DNA of 64,000 nucleotides from positions 11,147 to 75,146 of the IMG/VR virus record IMGVR_UViG_3300014502_000006; one strand, written 5' to 3'. A program made the translations under genes and the position numbers. The notes beneath the pieces are model-generated. The model searched no databases, was not told the DNA's origin, and was given only the letters and a program-made list of their open reading frames with translations. The stretch is from a virus. Below are positions 53,837 to 63,981 of this stretch, in pieces. Positions within the stretch are counted from its first letter, which is position 1. The number at the start of each line of letters is the position of its first letter.

Positions 53837-54418
53837 CTACTTGTCAGGATTAATATTCTTATAAGCTTTTATATTGTCTCCGTCTACCTGACAAACAAAA
53901 CCCTTATCCGTCAAACGCTGTATTTCCCCATTCGTATTCTCCAACGGACAATTTCTCCATTCGAACATAATTCTTTCTATATTGGATATATCGAACTGCG
54001 ATAATATATCGCAATCCATTCCTTCTGCATCTATTTTTAAATAATCTATTTGCCGAATATTATATTTATCCAATAATTCTTTCACGGTTATCATCGGGAC
54101 TTTTATTTTTTCTACAAGCCCTTGGAATTTGACTTCAAAATGATTGATATCTATAGAACCCAAACCTCTTACCCATTCTCCAAAACCATAAGCATACATT
54201 GTGTTTTGTGGAATATAGAAAAAGGTTACTGCTTTTGATTCAAGTCCGATAGCCGAGTTCTCGTAGAAAACGCCCGGAACTCTTTCAATCATATTGAAAT
54301 ATTCTGGAACGGGTTCTACGAGCAGACCTTTCCAACCCGCTTCTTTTGCGAGAGGGAGAAGAGTTTCATAATAGTTCGAACCGATTTCTACAAAAAATTT
54401 ATTGTTCATGTCGCTCAT
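53837..54418 (-). CDS. FkbM-family methyltransferase
   Basis: FVEIGSN, WKGLLVEPVP, IDYLKIDAEGMD..IL, FE. Confidence 0.85.
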   Translation of the reverse strand: MSDMNNKFFVEIGSNYYETLLPLAKEAGWKGLLVEPVPEYFNMIERVPGVFYENSAIGLESKAVTFFYIPQNTMYAYGFGEWVRGLGSIDINHFEVKFQGLVEKIKVPMITVKELLDKYNIRQIDYLKIDAEGMDCDILSQFDISNIERIMFEWRNCPLENTNGEIQRLTDKGFVCQVDGDNIKAYKNINPDK

Positions 54419-54458
54419 GTTGGTTTTTTAAGAATGGCTTGTGCTATTAAATCACCTT

Positions 54459-55388
54459 TTATGCACCGCCCGTACCTGTTAAACCGCCTTTCAGCCACCA
54501 AGTATCCGTATCTTGTTTGTGAAGCGTTACACCGGCAAACTCACCAGCCAAATATATATCAGAACGCAAACTCTGGATGGTAACACCTGTATCTCCTACA
54601 ACCGTTACTTGACCCACATTTCCTTGCTCCAAATCAATGAGCGTGCCAATAGGAAAGTCGGTAGTTGTACTAACCGGTATAACCGCGGTAATAGGTGCTA
54701 TGTTGGAAAGAACAACCAGTTTTCCAGCATCTGCCAAGCCAAGGGTATATGATGTACCGGTATCGCCTTGTATACTTTCAAAGCCGAATGCGCCAGTAAC
54801 GCCGGTTGAACCAACAGCGCCTAAGCCAGTAACACCAGTTTCACCGATAACGCCTAAGCCTGTAACACCCGTAGCGCCAGCGCCACCTAAACCGGTAACG
54901 CCAGTCTCGCCAATAATGCCTGAGCCGGTTACACCAGTATCACCAGAACCACCTAATCCGGTAACACCTGTAGCACCAACACCACCTAAACCAGTTACAC
55001 CAGTATTGCCAACACTACCCAAGCCGGTAACACCTGTAGCACCAACGCTACCTAAACCAGTAACGCCGGTATTGCCAACACTACCTAAACCAGTAATTCC
55101 TGTAGCACCACCAATACCTAAACCGGTCACTCCAGTAGAGCCACGCACACCGGTTACCCCGGTATTACCTGCGCCGCCCCCACCTCCGCCACTGATGGGC
55201 AGATAATAATCGCTTAGATATTCGTTGTCGGCTACTATTCTCCATTCCATAGTGTCGGTTAGATATATCGTAGAGCCAAGAATGCTTGCACCGGAAATGG
55301 TTTCGTTCCCATCTATATCGGTTGCTATATCTGTTGATAGTGCCGTATAGTTCGGCACATTAAGTCTTCCAATAAATTTTAGAGCCAT
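54459..55388 (-). CDS. Gly-X-Thr collagen-like protein with C-terminal fibre-associated domain
   Basis: 11-aa repeats G(N/A/E)TGVTGLG(S/G)V; C-terminal SYTL.LADAGKLV...FPIGT.I...Q...GQVT...DTW. Confidence 0.75.
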   Translation of the reverse strand: MALKFIGRLNVPNYTALSTDIATDIDGNETISGASILGSTIYLTDTMEWRIVADNEYLSDYYLPISGGGGGGAGNTGVTGVRGSTGVTGLGIGGATGITGLGSVGNTGVTGLGSVGATGVTGLGSVGNTGVTGLGGVGATGVTGLGGSGDTGVTGSGIIGETGVTGLGGAGATGVTGLGVIGETGVTGLGAVGSTGVTGAFGFESIQGDTGTSYTLGLADAGKLVVLSNIAPITAVIPVSTTTDFPIGTLIDLEQGNVGQVTVVGDTGVTIQSLRSDIYLAGEFAGVTLHKQDTDTWWLKGGLTGTGGA

Positions 55389-55456
55389 CTATAATCCTCC
55401 TTTGCCCCCTCATCGGGGAAAAAACATAAGAGGAACTATTATAAATTATAGAACCT

Positions 55457-56692
55457 CTATTTATTATATTTATCTTTTGGCAACCAGTGCCAGCCGGGTT
55501 GAGTGGTATCTATTGCACTCTCGTATAAATGATACAAATCCTCGAACCACTTCTGATATTCTAATTTGACATTATCCATCAGGTAACGTTCTCCGTACTC
55601 CCGTATCTTTTTATGATTGACGGTTTTGGCTTTCAATGCGGCTTCTACAAAGTCCTCCAGTGTATTACAACGGAAACCGATAGTCCCGTTCACGCAGTCC
55701 GGTATCGTACCGGGAAAAACACCGAAGTTAGTTGTGATTGGAGGCGTGCCAGAGAGCATCGCCTCAATATGAGTGCCGCCGAATATTTCCATGTATTCGG
55801 TTGGTACGAACATAGCAGTTGCGTTCGCCATTAAAGGCTTGCGTTCTTCCACTCCCTTGTAGCCGACATATTCCCAAGTCATCGGTTCTAGGTCGAAGTC
55901 CAAATCACCCGTTGGCTGTAAATGCCCATTGGACAATACCCTGCCACCCTGTCCGGCGATAATAAGTTTTGCACCGATGGCACGGCAAGCCAGAGCCGCC
56001 GTGATAATTCCCTTGCGCTTAATCATGCGCCCGATGTAAAGATAATAATCTTCTTTTTTATTGCTGAACTCGAAATCATCGGGGTCAAAGAAATTAGGGA
56101 TAACGCGGTCATAATAAGAACCGTTTATATCCCCTCCGGGGTGCTCACTACCGTAGGTAAAGTTTTGCATGGAAGAACTTTCAAAAGCGCGGAAATGGTT
56201 TTGTTTAGGGAAAGAGCCACGATAGCCGATACCCGATTCGCAGGAGAGGAACATGTTCAGTTCGTCCTCGATGCATTTGAAATAGTAACCCATTGAGTTC
56301 AAAAGAAAATCATCAGGTTTGCCTATTTCTCGGATATGCTCGACCACGTTTCTATAAAATTTGAGCGTGGCTGGTTTCTTGTCAGTATTGAAGTCGTGGC
56401 GGAACTCGCCACCGTGCCAGTTATAACCAACTTCAAACCGGTTGTCGCCATCGCCCCATGAATCGCAAATATCTTTCAAAGTGTGAGTTTGCACAAAGTG
56501 CAGTTTATCAGAGTTGCAGTATTCTTCCACATCACTGCCCTCACTACCATAGAAGAAGACCTCGTTCCCTAAAGAGGTAAGCATTTTTGCCAATTTGCGA
56601 TTTTTCTGTGTAAAAGCACAGGACATATATTCCTTGCTTTGTGGAAGATGAACCAGTGACAGCAAGTGAAATCTAAAAGTTTTATTTTCCAT
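55457..56692 (-). CDS. GT4 (GT-B) glycosyltransferase
   Basis: YIGRMIKRKG, E.FGGTHIEAMLSGTP (E-x7-E). Start moved to MENKTF (56692), overlapping the upstream gene end. Confidence 0.85.
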   Translation of the reverse strand: MENKTFRFHLLSLVHLPQSKEYMSCAFTQKNRKLAKMLTSLGNEVFFYGSEGSDVEEYCNSDKLHFVQTHTLKDICDSWGDGDNRFEVGYNWHGGEFRHDFNTDKKPATLKFYRNVVEHIREIGKPDDFLLNSMGYYFKCIEDELNMFLSCESGIGYRGSFPKQNHFRAFESSSMQNFTYGSEHPGGDINGSYYDRVIPNFFDPDDFEFSNKKEDYYLYIGRMIKRKGIITAALACRAIGAKLIIAGQGGRVLSNGHLQPTGDLDFDLEPMTWEYVGYKGVEERKPLMANATAMFVPTEYMEIFGGTHIEAMLSGTPPITTNFGVFPGTIPDCVNGTIGFRCNTLEDFVEAALKAKTVNHKKIREYGERYLMDNVKLEYQKWFEDLYHLYESAIDTTQPGWHWLPKDKYNK

Positions 56693-57290
56693 ATTGACTT
56701 CCCATAAAGATACCGTAATAGGCATGCCCGACACAACCGCTTTCGTTGAGCAGTTCTGTTTTGCCATAACCACCCAACCAGCTATTCATTTTGTTCTCGG
56801 TAAGAACGTGCAAATGCCCATCGGTTTCAGGTATATCCAGCCATTCAAAAACACGAATTATTGTAGAGTAAGCGCGTGCAATTTTGATGACCTCGGCAGG
56901 GTCAATAACATGCTGTAAGCAATTGTACAGCCATACCTCGTCATAGCACTTGTCCAGTTTCAGCCCTTCGGCTGGCTGTACAATATATTTTATTCCTGCC
57001 GCAGCATAGCGCGCATAAACCCAATCAGGAAATTTGCAGGGGTCAACCACCACTGCTTCACTGAATCCGCTGGATTTTAACAACAAAGAATATGCACCGC
57101 CCCCAATATCCAGTATACTTGCGTTTTGCAAGATAATATTATAAGGTGTCCTTACATCATTGTAAAAGGACAGCCCCATTCTTTTTGCATAGACAATCTG
57201 TTTTAATTCCTCGTTTAAAGAATTAACGCAGTTGCCATGCCATAGGCGTTCCCATTCTTGTGCTTCCTTCCATTCGTTACTTGCTGACAT
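56682..57290 (-). CDS. Class I SAM-dependent methyltransferase
   Basis: ILDIGGG, VVDP, YD.V..YNCLQHV.DP. Confidence 0.8.
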   Translation of the reverse strand: MSASNEWKEAQEWERLWHGNCVNSLNEELKQIVYAKRMGLSFYNDVRTPYNIILQNASILDIGGGAYSLLLKSSGFSEAVVVDPCKFPDWVYARYAAAGIKYIVQPAEGLKLDKCYDEVWLYNCLQHVIDPAEVIKIARAYSTIIRVFEWLDIPETDGHLHVLTENKMNSWLGGYGKTELLNESGCVGHAYYGIFMGSQYGK

Positions 57291-57355
57291 GATTCACTAA
57301 TCCTCTTTATTTTTTATTGTGATATGCTGCCAGAGAGCAGCGTTTGAAAACCTTC

Positions 57356-57805
57356 TTACTTAACAAACTTTTGTGGGTCTAATGAAAATCTTACAGCGGT
57401 AGCGACAGCACTCTTTACGAAGATACCATAATATTTCCAAGACAGGTTCTTTATTTCGAACTCTTCTGCCACACCCGCGGCGAGGGCTGTTTCACCCTTT
57501 ACCGGCTGTACCAAAACAAGTTCCTTTTCGCTGTTACCACCCAAAATTTTGTAGGTCAATTCTTCCTTGCCGGTGTTCTCAATCTTTACGATAAAATCTG
57601 CAAAATTAATGCAATCAAACACTTTGGCTAGTACGAATTCTCCGGGTACAATGTCTATCGGTTTGATGGCTGAATCTATTACCACCTTTTCGGGCTTCTC
57701 CACTTTTTCGGGCTTCTCCACCTTTTCGGGCTTCTCCACCTTTTCGGGCTTCTCTGCCTTTACGGGCTTCTCTACAACGGGTTTTTCTTCAATTATTTCT
57801 GCCAT
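57356..57805 (-). CDS. Hypothetical protein, paralog D2, with KVEKPE repeats
   Basis: Paralog of 58780-59154 (ENT....LTYKI.GGN, NLSWKY.G). Confidence 0.6.
   Translation of the reverse strand: MAEIIEEKPVVEKPVKAEKPEKVEKPEKVEKPEKVEKPEKVVIDSAIKPIDIVPGEFVLAKVFDCINFADFIVKIENTGKEELTYKILGGNSEKELVLVQPVKGETALAAGVAEEFEIKNLSWKYYGIFVKSAVATAVRFSLDPQKFVK
57682..57771. repeat. 18-bp tandem repeat, five copies (last degenerate)
   Basis: ccaccttttcgggcttct units encoding EKPEKV. Confidence 0.85.
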
Positions 57806-57863
57806 TTTTATTCTCCTTTTCTAGTTTTTGTTAAATCAGATTGTCAAATGATTGACTTATTTT

Positions 57864-58694
57864 TTATTGTAATAATGCCGCCAACGCAGCGGTTTCAGAG
57901 CGTTCTGTTTTTATCAGATGAACACTCCCATATAGTTTATTACCTGTCAATCTGTCGCTCAGTCTTTCCAAGCCTGAGTTCTCTTCGAACACAACCTTGT
58001 CGGATTGTGCTGTGTCACCCAAGAACATAATAACCGAGTTCTTGCCAATACGAGAAACAAGCAGTGTAACGTGTTCTCCTGTCAGGTTCTCTGACTCATC
58101 CACGATGACAATGCTGTTCTCGAAACTGCGCCCACGGGCAAAGCCCAAGTGGAGCAGTTCTATCCTTTCGTCTTCCAACAGGCGGAACAGTTCCGCCTGA
58201 CTACCAAGAAGGTCAACCGCTGGCATTGCAAACGGTAAGAGTTTTTCGTTGATACCAGCCGGTAATGCACCCAAAGGGCAGGAGTTCTTTACTTCGATAT
58301 TATTGCGTATCATCACTATCTTTTTGTAAATGCTTTTGCCCTTCCCCCAATTATCAATTGCTTCCAGTGCATAAGTGAAAGCGCAGTAGTTTTTGCCGCT
58401 ACCGGCAACCCCTGTGATTTGTTTTACAGTGATGCTCTCATCCTGCAATAAATCGAACAGCGCCTGTTGCTCGTCATTCACAGGTTTTATCTTACCAATC
58501 CTGTGACTATCAATTGGTTTGAATTTCAGTGGTACGAGCGAATTGCCATCCCATTTCCTTTTCTCTATAATTTGGTCTCTTTCGTCCTTTATGAAAAGGT
58601 ACTGATTGGTTTCCAAATCCGTTTTGTATTTCCCCTCATAGAGTGCTGCAATATCAACATCTGTTAACGTTACGGTTCTTATTCCTGTATTCAA
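57864..58694 (-). CDS. phoH: PhoH-family ATPase
   Basis: N.EQ, GVAGSGKN, LPAGINEKL.P, RGRSF, DESENL, SRIGKNS, GD..QSD, ERS. Confidence 0.9.
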   Translation of the reverse strand: MNTGIRTVTLTDVDIAALYEGKYKTDLETNQYLFIKDERDQIIEKRKWDGNSLVPLKFKPIDSHRIGKIKPVNDEQQALFDLLQDESITVKQITGVAGSGKNYCAFTYALEAIDNWGKGKSIYKKIVMIRNNIEVKNSCPLGALPAGINEKLLPFAMPAVDLLGSQAELFRLLEDERIELLHLGFARGRSFENSIVIVDESENLTGEHVTLLVSRIGKNSVIMFLGDTAQSDKVVFEENSGLERLSDRLTGNKLYGSVHLIKTERSETAALAALLQ

Positions 58695-58779
58695 AATGTT
58701 GCCCTCCTCTTCGCTGTGAAATGGATGCTACTACGTATTAGCCTGAAACTCCTTTCTGTTTTTAATTTATATGGATTAA

Positions 58780-59154
58780 TTAATAAGCTTTGTTTTGTTC
58801 TGCCGTTAAGCGAATACTTGCGCCATCCCCCTTGGCATATACACCAACATACTTCCAAGAAAGATTATCCAGCACGAAGTCTTCGTCTGCACCGGCTTCA
58901 AGACCGGTATCTTTTTTAATAAGTTCTATCAATTCCACACTGTTATCGTTACCACCCACGATTTTATAGGTCAATGGTTTTTCACTGGTATTTTCCAGCT
59001 TTACCCACAAAGCCGCAAACCGTGTACAGTTTATCGTCTTCCCAACCAAACTGAATTCTTCCGTTATCTCCGCTTCGACAGGAGGGGTAAAGATGACCGG
59101 TTTAGGCTGTTTTGCGGCTGCTTCCGCTGGTACAGGTTTAATTATTTTTTCCAT
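58780..59154 (-). CDS. Hypothetical protein, paralog D1
   Basis: Paralog of 57356-57805. Confidence 0.6.
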   Translation of the reverse strand: MEKIIKPVPAEAAAKQPKPVIFTPPVEAEITEEFSLVGKTINCTRFAALWVKLENTSEKPLTYKIVGGNDNSVELIELIKKDTGLEAGADEDFVLDNLSWKYVGVYAKGDGASIRLTAEQNKAY

Positions 59155-59174
59155 TTTATCCTCCTTTAACTTTC

Positions 59175-60137
59175 CTAAATTTTTATAAGATATGTGCTAT
59201 AAATCCATCCAGTAGGATTAGGAGATATAGTATGAGAACGCGTGCCGCTTGTAGTGTCTACTTCTACAATCGTATTTCTATACAGCACCCCAATAACCGG
59301 GTCTGTATCTGCCGCACCACTGCGCACATTTACGTTCACCGCTGTTTTATATTTTGGATAGGCTGGCGCAGGTGGGGTAGGCGGAACAGGCGGTGGCACA
59401 CTGCCGAATGATGGATAGACCGCGTTGTAATCCGCTGCTTTCTTGATGCCCACATAACCCGGTATTGCGCTTGGACTTACGCGGGAAGTGAACTGCCAAA
59501 TAGCCGGGGTTTTCCAAGGCAATAATTGCATCGGAAGCAATGCCCCGCTGTTTATTTGTGCCTTGAGCGTAGCCAGAGAGTTTGAATAAAACAGGTTGAG
59601 AGGTTGATTTGCAATATACCAGTCTTTTATCCAGTATGCCTCTGCAAGTTTATATCTTGCTGCCCACGGTGCGTTCCTGTTGCCACCTATTGAATTCCAG
59701 AAAGAAGGATAGGTATAAATCAGCATACGAGAAGCGGGCATGACTTTTTCTACCCTTGTCATAAAGGCGTTAGCCCGTGTAAGGCATGTATTAGCGTCTT
59801 GCCCATCTTGCGTCTCGAAGTCCAACATTATAAAATCATTAGGAGTAAAACCGTTTGAAGCCAGTATGCTCACGAAATAATCTGCCTGTTGAGTGCCCAA
59901 TAGGTTACTGCGGAAGAAGTGATAAGCCACACGAACTTCACCACCGGCTTTTGCAGCCGCCCATTGCATAGCAAAAGATGGGTCTGTCCAGCCTGTGCCT
60001 TCGCTTGCTTTGATAATGGCTGTACCAATACCGCCCTGAGTACGCGCCGTTGTCCAATCCATAGCCTTATAACTTCCATTGGCTTGTTTTGCATCATAGG
60101 AACTTACGTCAACGCTCCAATCTGATATTAGATTCAT
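59175..60137 (-). CDS. Endolysin, GH25 muramidase with Pro linker and SH3b domain
   Basis: DVSSY, IKASEG...DP.F, AYHFF, LDFE, IYT, WQFT; C-terminal VNVRSG...PVIG.L...GWI. Confidence 0.9.
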   Translation of the reverse strand: MNLISDWSVDVSSYDAKQANGSYKAMDWTTARTQGGIGTAIIKASEGTGWTDPSFAMQWAAAKAGGEVRVAYHFFRSNLLGTQQADYFVSILASNGFTPNDFIMLDFETQDGQDANTCLTRANAFMTRVEKVMPASRMLIYTYPSFWNSIGGNRNAPWAARYKLAEAYWIKDWYIANQPLNLFYSNSLATLKAQINSGALLPMQLLPWKTPAIWQFTSRVSPSAIPGYVGIKKAADYNAVYPSFGSVPPPVPPTPPAPAYPKYKTAVNVNVRSGAADTDPVIGVLYRNTIVEVDTTSGTRSHTISPNPTGWIYSTYLIKI

Positions 60138-60232
60138 GGTTTACCATCCTTTCATCTCAAAGAAAGACTATTTCGTGTAGTTCTACTTCATTATATTATA
60201 AAACCACTCCTATTTTCGAACAAATATTCTGG

Positions 60233-61033
60233 TTATGATTTTGCCCTTTTTAACTTCATGCGAATTTTATCCTGCTCGTTCTTATGCTTGAATGCACACA
60301 CTTTGCAGTATATTTGTTTGTTGTTATTCTTTATCATTTCCCGCCCACAATCCGCGCAGTGAGTGATGGATACGTTCTTGCCAAAGAGAGTATCGTAAAT
60401 CTCCAATGTATTATTCAGATTATCAATAACAGCCCCGTTCTCGGAACGCTTGTCAATAAAGTTAATCTTGATAAGTTCCTTCTCGGCGTGGTAGAAAATA
60501 AAATGTTCGCTGTATTTGGAATAGATATCTGCAAGGTCTATCTCACTGATATTTCTCAAGCCAGAAAGCCTTATAATATCCAAGAAGTTATTATAGTGGA
60601 TATAATAATTGTCGGATACTTTTAAGTCCGTTTTCTTACGGCGTGTGCCCCTGTATTTCAATGCTTTGCTCAAGACCAGCGTCATGAAAAGCAGTTTTCT
60701 GTCCTTGGAACTATCAATCATTCTCAGGAAGTCTATCTCCTGTTGTGAGATGGTAATACTCTCAATCTTGCGCAGGTCGTAATTCATCGCAGAAGTTACC
60801 CATTTTTGTATCGACTCGGCATCCACTACCGGGTTGAAGTTCTTGTCCTGCTCTTTACAGAAACGAATAAGCTCCCGCTCAAGGCGTATCGCACCATATT
60901 TCAATGTTTGCCGCAGATATTTTGCCACAAGATACATGGCGCTATAATCAATCGCGCCATCGGGAAAGCCGTTGGCAATAATCGCCTTGGCATCCTTCTC
61001 TTCATCGAACGAAAAGACCTTTTTATTTCTCAT
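60233..61033 (-). CDS. Hypothetical protein with C-terminal Cys4 Zn finger, overlapping the RNAP gene end
   Basis: CADCG...YCKVC; 11-bp overlap with the RNAP gene. Confidence 0.6.
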   Translation of the reverse strand: MRNKKVFSFDEEKDAKAIIANGFPDGAIDYSAMYLVAKYLRQTLKYGAIRLERELIRFCKEQDKNFNPVVDAESIQKWVTSAMNYDLRKIESITISQQEIDFLRMIDSSKDRKLLFMTLVLSKALKYRGTRRKKTDLKVSDNYYIHYNNFLDIIRLSGLRNISEIDLADIYSKYSEHFIFYHAEKELIKINFIDKRSENGAVIDNLNNTLEIYDTLFGKNVSITHCADCGREMIKNNNKQIYCKVCAFKHKNEQDKIRMKLKRAKS

Positions 61034-63773
61034 CGTACAACTCCTCGACAGAAAACTCCTTCATGGAGTACGTGTTCCACAGGTAATGGATATTGCCGCT
61101 GTCGTCCTGCAATGGGAACTGTACCGTTCCGGTGGGGTTATTTTTCATAATGTTCTGGAGCATGCCCTGTGGGAACATCCTCCAAGGGAACTCGACCATT
61201 GAAATCTCATCCCCATAGGTTATCTCCACTGCATAGTCTGCCAGTTCCGCATCGTTGGAGGTCAGGTTCATAGCGCATTCTTTGCGCAGATGAGCCACAA
61301 AAGCATCCATGTTATCATAGGAATTGGAGAGGTCGTGGCGCAAACCGCGTTTGAAGGATTTGTATTCCTGCAAGTATAACTTCATTTGAATTATACCGGC
61401 AGTTTCTAGATTGTGTGTTTCATCCTGCAATACCTTGTAGTCAAAGTCCTGCGCTAACTTGTTGGAATACTTGCTGACCAAGCCAAGGTTGGCGCGCATA
61501 TAGCGGCTGATACGGTTCATGACCGAATTGTTGTCAAGAAAGAAAGAGTGCCAGTAATATTCAGAAACCATCTTCTCTTCATCTGCCGTTCTGTTCTTGG
61601 CTTTGACAATCTCATCAAAAGACTTGTGGAACATGAGATGGCTAAACGTATTATATTTCTTTAGTTCTTTGTTATAGCGGGTCATGTAATGTGGATACAA
61701 GAAGCGGAAGAAAGCAGGTCTGACTTCACAGACAATCTTGTTGTTAAATTCCCATTTGGCTTTCTCTTCGCTGGTCATATCATCGGCTATCTTTTTCCAT
61801 TTCGTCCAGTGATTGCGGAAGGGTGGTACTTTTAAACCCTTGACACCATCAATGATTTCGCCCTGAATGACACGCCCAATTTTCAAACGTTTCATGATGG
61901 CAAACCATTCAGGAGTGCCTTTCTGAAATTTCTCTGCCAGTGTATAAAGGGAACTGGATATGTTCGTGGCAAAGCCAACCTTGCTGTTGTGCCCGTTCAG
62001 TTGCCCTTCCACCTGTTTCTTATCATCACGGCTATCCACAACAACCTTCTCCGCCTTCTGGCTTTCGTAGATTATCGGGATACCATCCAGTTTGCCCTTT
62101 ATCATAGCCGGGTTGTTGATGGTACAAACAAGGTCACCATCAAAATCAGCACCGCCATGAATGGCACAGTCCATACCAACGCCATTAGCCGGGAAGATGA
62201 TACCACTATGAATATGCTGATACCACTCTCTTGTCTCATCCGTATTTTTAAGACTTAAGATGTTTAATTCGGAGTGATGCACTATCGGGCTGCGGATGGC
62301 GGCAATCTTGTCAATTCCTCGTTTGAGCCAGTACTCGGAATAATGCTCACCGTCTTGCAAGATAGGAACGCATTGCAAACCGAACATATGGCAAGCCTGA
62401 TAATAAGGGTCACCAATCATGAACTGATAGTTGGCATTCACCAAGATACTGCCCATGTAGGATTCTTTCTTTTTCTTTTCAATCGTCTTGATGAATTTTT
62501 CCTGAATATATTTATCCCTTGAAAGGGACGGGTTCAGCAATATTGCCTTTACGCTGATATCCAGCTTTCTGAAATCTTCTGGAGCAAATGGGTTCTCGCC
62601 GGTTGCGTATAGCAGCATGTCTTCGGGTGAGCGTCCGCTGATATTCCTGAACCAGTTGATGGTTGGTTCGCAGAGTTCGGCAATATCCGCATTATCCAGA
62701 TTGAGTACTTGTAAGAATTGGTAACTTGTGCGGGATGATGCGTTCTCACGTTTTGGGTTAACCTTTGCGATTGCAAAACCAAGCTGACTGTTGTGGCATT
62801 TCTGCACATAGTCTGCTGTGTTTTTGTATGAGTTCCAGAGTTTAAACATGGACTCGCTTATAATCAAGTCGATGTTGTGAATGTCTTGTGTTTCACCATA
62901 TACGTCTTTGAACTCAAAAGTTTTGGCAACCTCGGTTGAGAACCTGTCCAAGTCGAAGACGGTCAGCAAGCCTTTTAAGAATGGGGCACGCACGATGGCA
63001 CAACTGAATGTGTAATCCAGTTCCAGTTCGTGACTCCATTGCTCTGCCAGTTTGGGAGATATCAAACCTTGCCCATCCCAAGCGTTGAGTTTGAGCGGGA
63101 TGGTTCTTTCCTCCACATCATCGTCTTCGTCAACGCCACGATAGGTAACGAAATCAACCTTACGGATAGTCTCAATTTCTTTGTCCGGTATAACCGCGAA
63201 TTTAGGGAAAGATACCGGCAGGGTTGAAGAACAATATAACGAAAAATACGCACCGAATTTAGCTGCCACCATTGGGGTAGTTTCGTTGCGTCCATTTTCA
63301 AGTATGTCCATCAGGGGATGCTTTAAATTGTTGTTGATAAACATGGCTGTGTTGCGGCGTATCATGCCAGCGGTAGCCATGAACGGCACAAAGCGGATGC
63401 CGTTTACATAAAAGCCATTTCTTTTTAGGATTGCAAGGTAGTGGGCTTTATGTTTGAACTCGACACTTATCAAATCTTCGACAAAAAGTATTTTTTCTAG
63501 TTTTTCGATAATGTCTGCGAGTTTTTTTTGATTTTCTTCATTATTTTCTGCCTTTTTCAGTTTTTTCTGAACTTTTAGCAGATTGTCAACGTTACTCTGG
63601 CTGAATTCGATGTTTTTGTAGCGAAATAACGTTCTTAGGAGTTCGGAATTGTTTATTGTGATTAATTCTGAGTTTATTCTGGCATTATCGAGGCTAATAT
63701 CGATATTATAATTAGATTTTTTTAGCCTCTCGGATGAAAACTTCAATGTGTAAAACTGTTGCAGTTTACGCAA
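61023..63773 (-). CDS. YonO-like single-subunit (double-psi barrel, RdRP-like fold) phage RNA polymerase
   Basis: GADFDGD catalytic DxDGD, WDGQGLISP, VRAPFLKG, RSP; TTG start with GGAGG at 63781-63785. Confidence 0.85.
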   Translation of the reverse strand: MRKLQQFYTLKFSSERLKKSNYNIDISLDNARINSELITINNSELLRTLFRYKNIEFSQSNVDNLLKVQKKLKKAENNEENQKKLADIIEKLEKILFVEDLISVEFKHKAHYLAILKRNGFYVNGIRFVPFMATAGMIRRNTAMFINNNLKHPLMDILENGRNETTPMVAAKFGAYFSLYCSSTLPVSFPKFAVIPDKEIETIRKVDFVTYRGVDEDDDVEERTIPLKLNAWDGQGLISPKLAEQWSHELELDYTFSCAIVRAPFLKGLLTVFDLDRFSTEVAKTFEFKDVYGETQDIHNIDLIISESMFKLWNSYKNTADYVQKCHNSQLGFAIAKVNPKRENASSRTSYQFLQVLNLDNADIAELCEPTINWFRNISGRSPEDMLLYATGENPFAPEDFRKLDISVKAILLNPSLSRDKYIQEKFIKTIEKKKKESYMGSILVNANYQFMIGDPYYQACHMFGLQCVPILQDGEHYSEYWLKRGIDKIAAIRSPIVHHSELNILSLKNTDETREWYQHIHSGIIFPANGVGMDCAIHGGADFDGDLVCTINNPAMIKGKLDGIPIIYESQKAEKVVVDSRDDKKQVEGQLNGHNSKVGFATNISSSLYTLAEKFQKGTPEWFAIMKRLKIGRVIQGEIIDGVKGLKVPPFRNHWTKWKKIADDMTSEEKAKWEFNNKIVCEVRPAFFRFLYPHYMTRYNKELKKYNTFSHLMFHKSFDEIVKAKNRTADEEKMVSEYYWHSFFLDNNSVMNRISRYMRANLGLVSKYSNKLAQDFDYKVLQDETHNLETAGIIQMKLYLQEYKSFKRGLRHDLSNSYDNMDAFVAHLRKECAMNLTSNDAELADYAVEITYGDEISMVEFPWRMFPQGMLQNIMKNNPTGTVQFPLQDDSGNIHYLWNTYSMKEFSVEELYDEK

Positions 63774-63981
63774 AAAGAAACCTCCATTATCTTCAATGAT
63801 TTTAAGTCGCTATCGCAAGGCGATGTAGCGTTAAAAGATACGCTGTACTAAAACAACGTATCAATATCCGAGATATTGTTCTCCTTTCTTCTCTCCTTTT
63901 CCCTATTCAATTCCCATATACCAACGAAGGGTGAATACCAACAGGGCGTGCCTGATGCACGCTTATCTAATTGCACTTATA

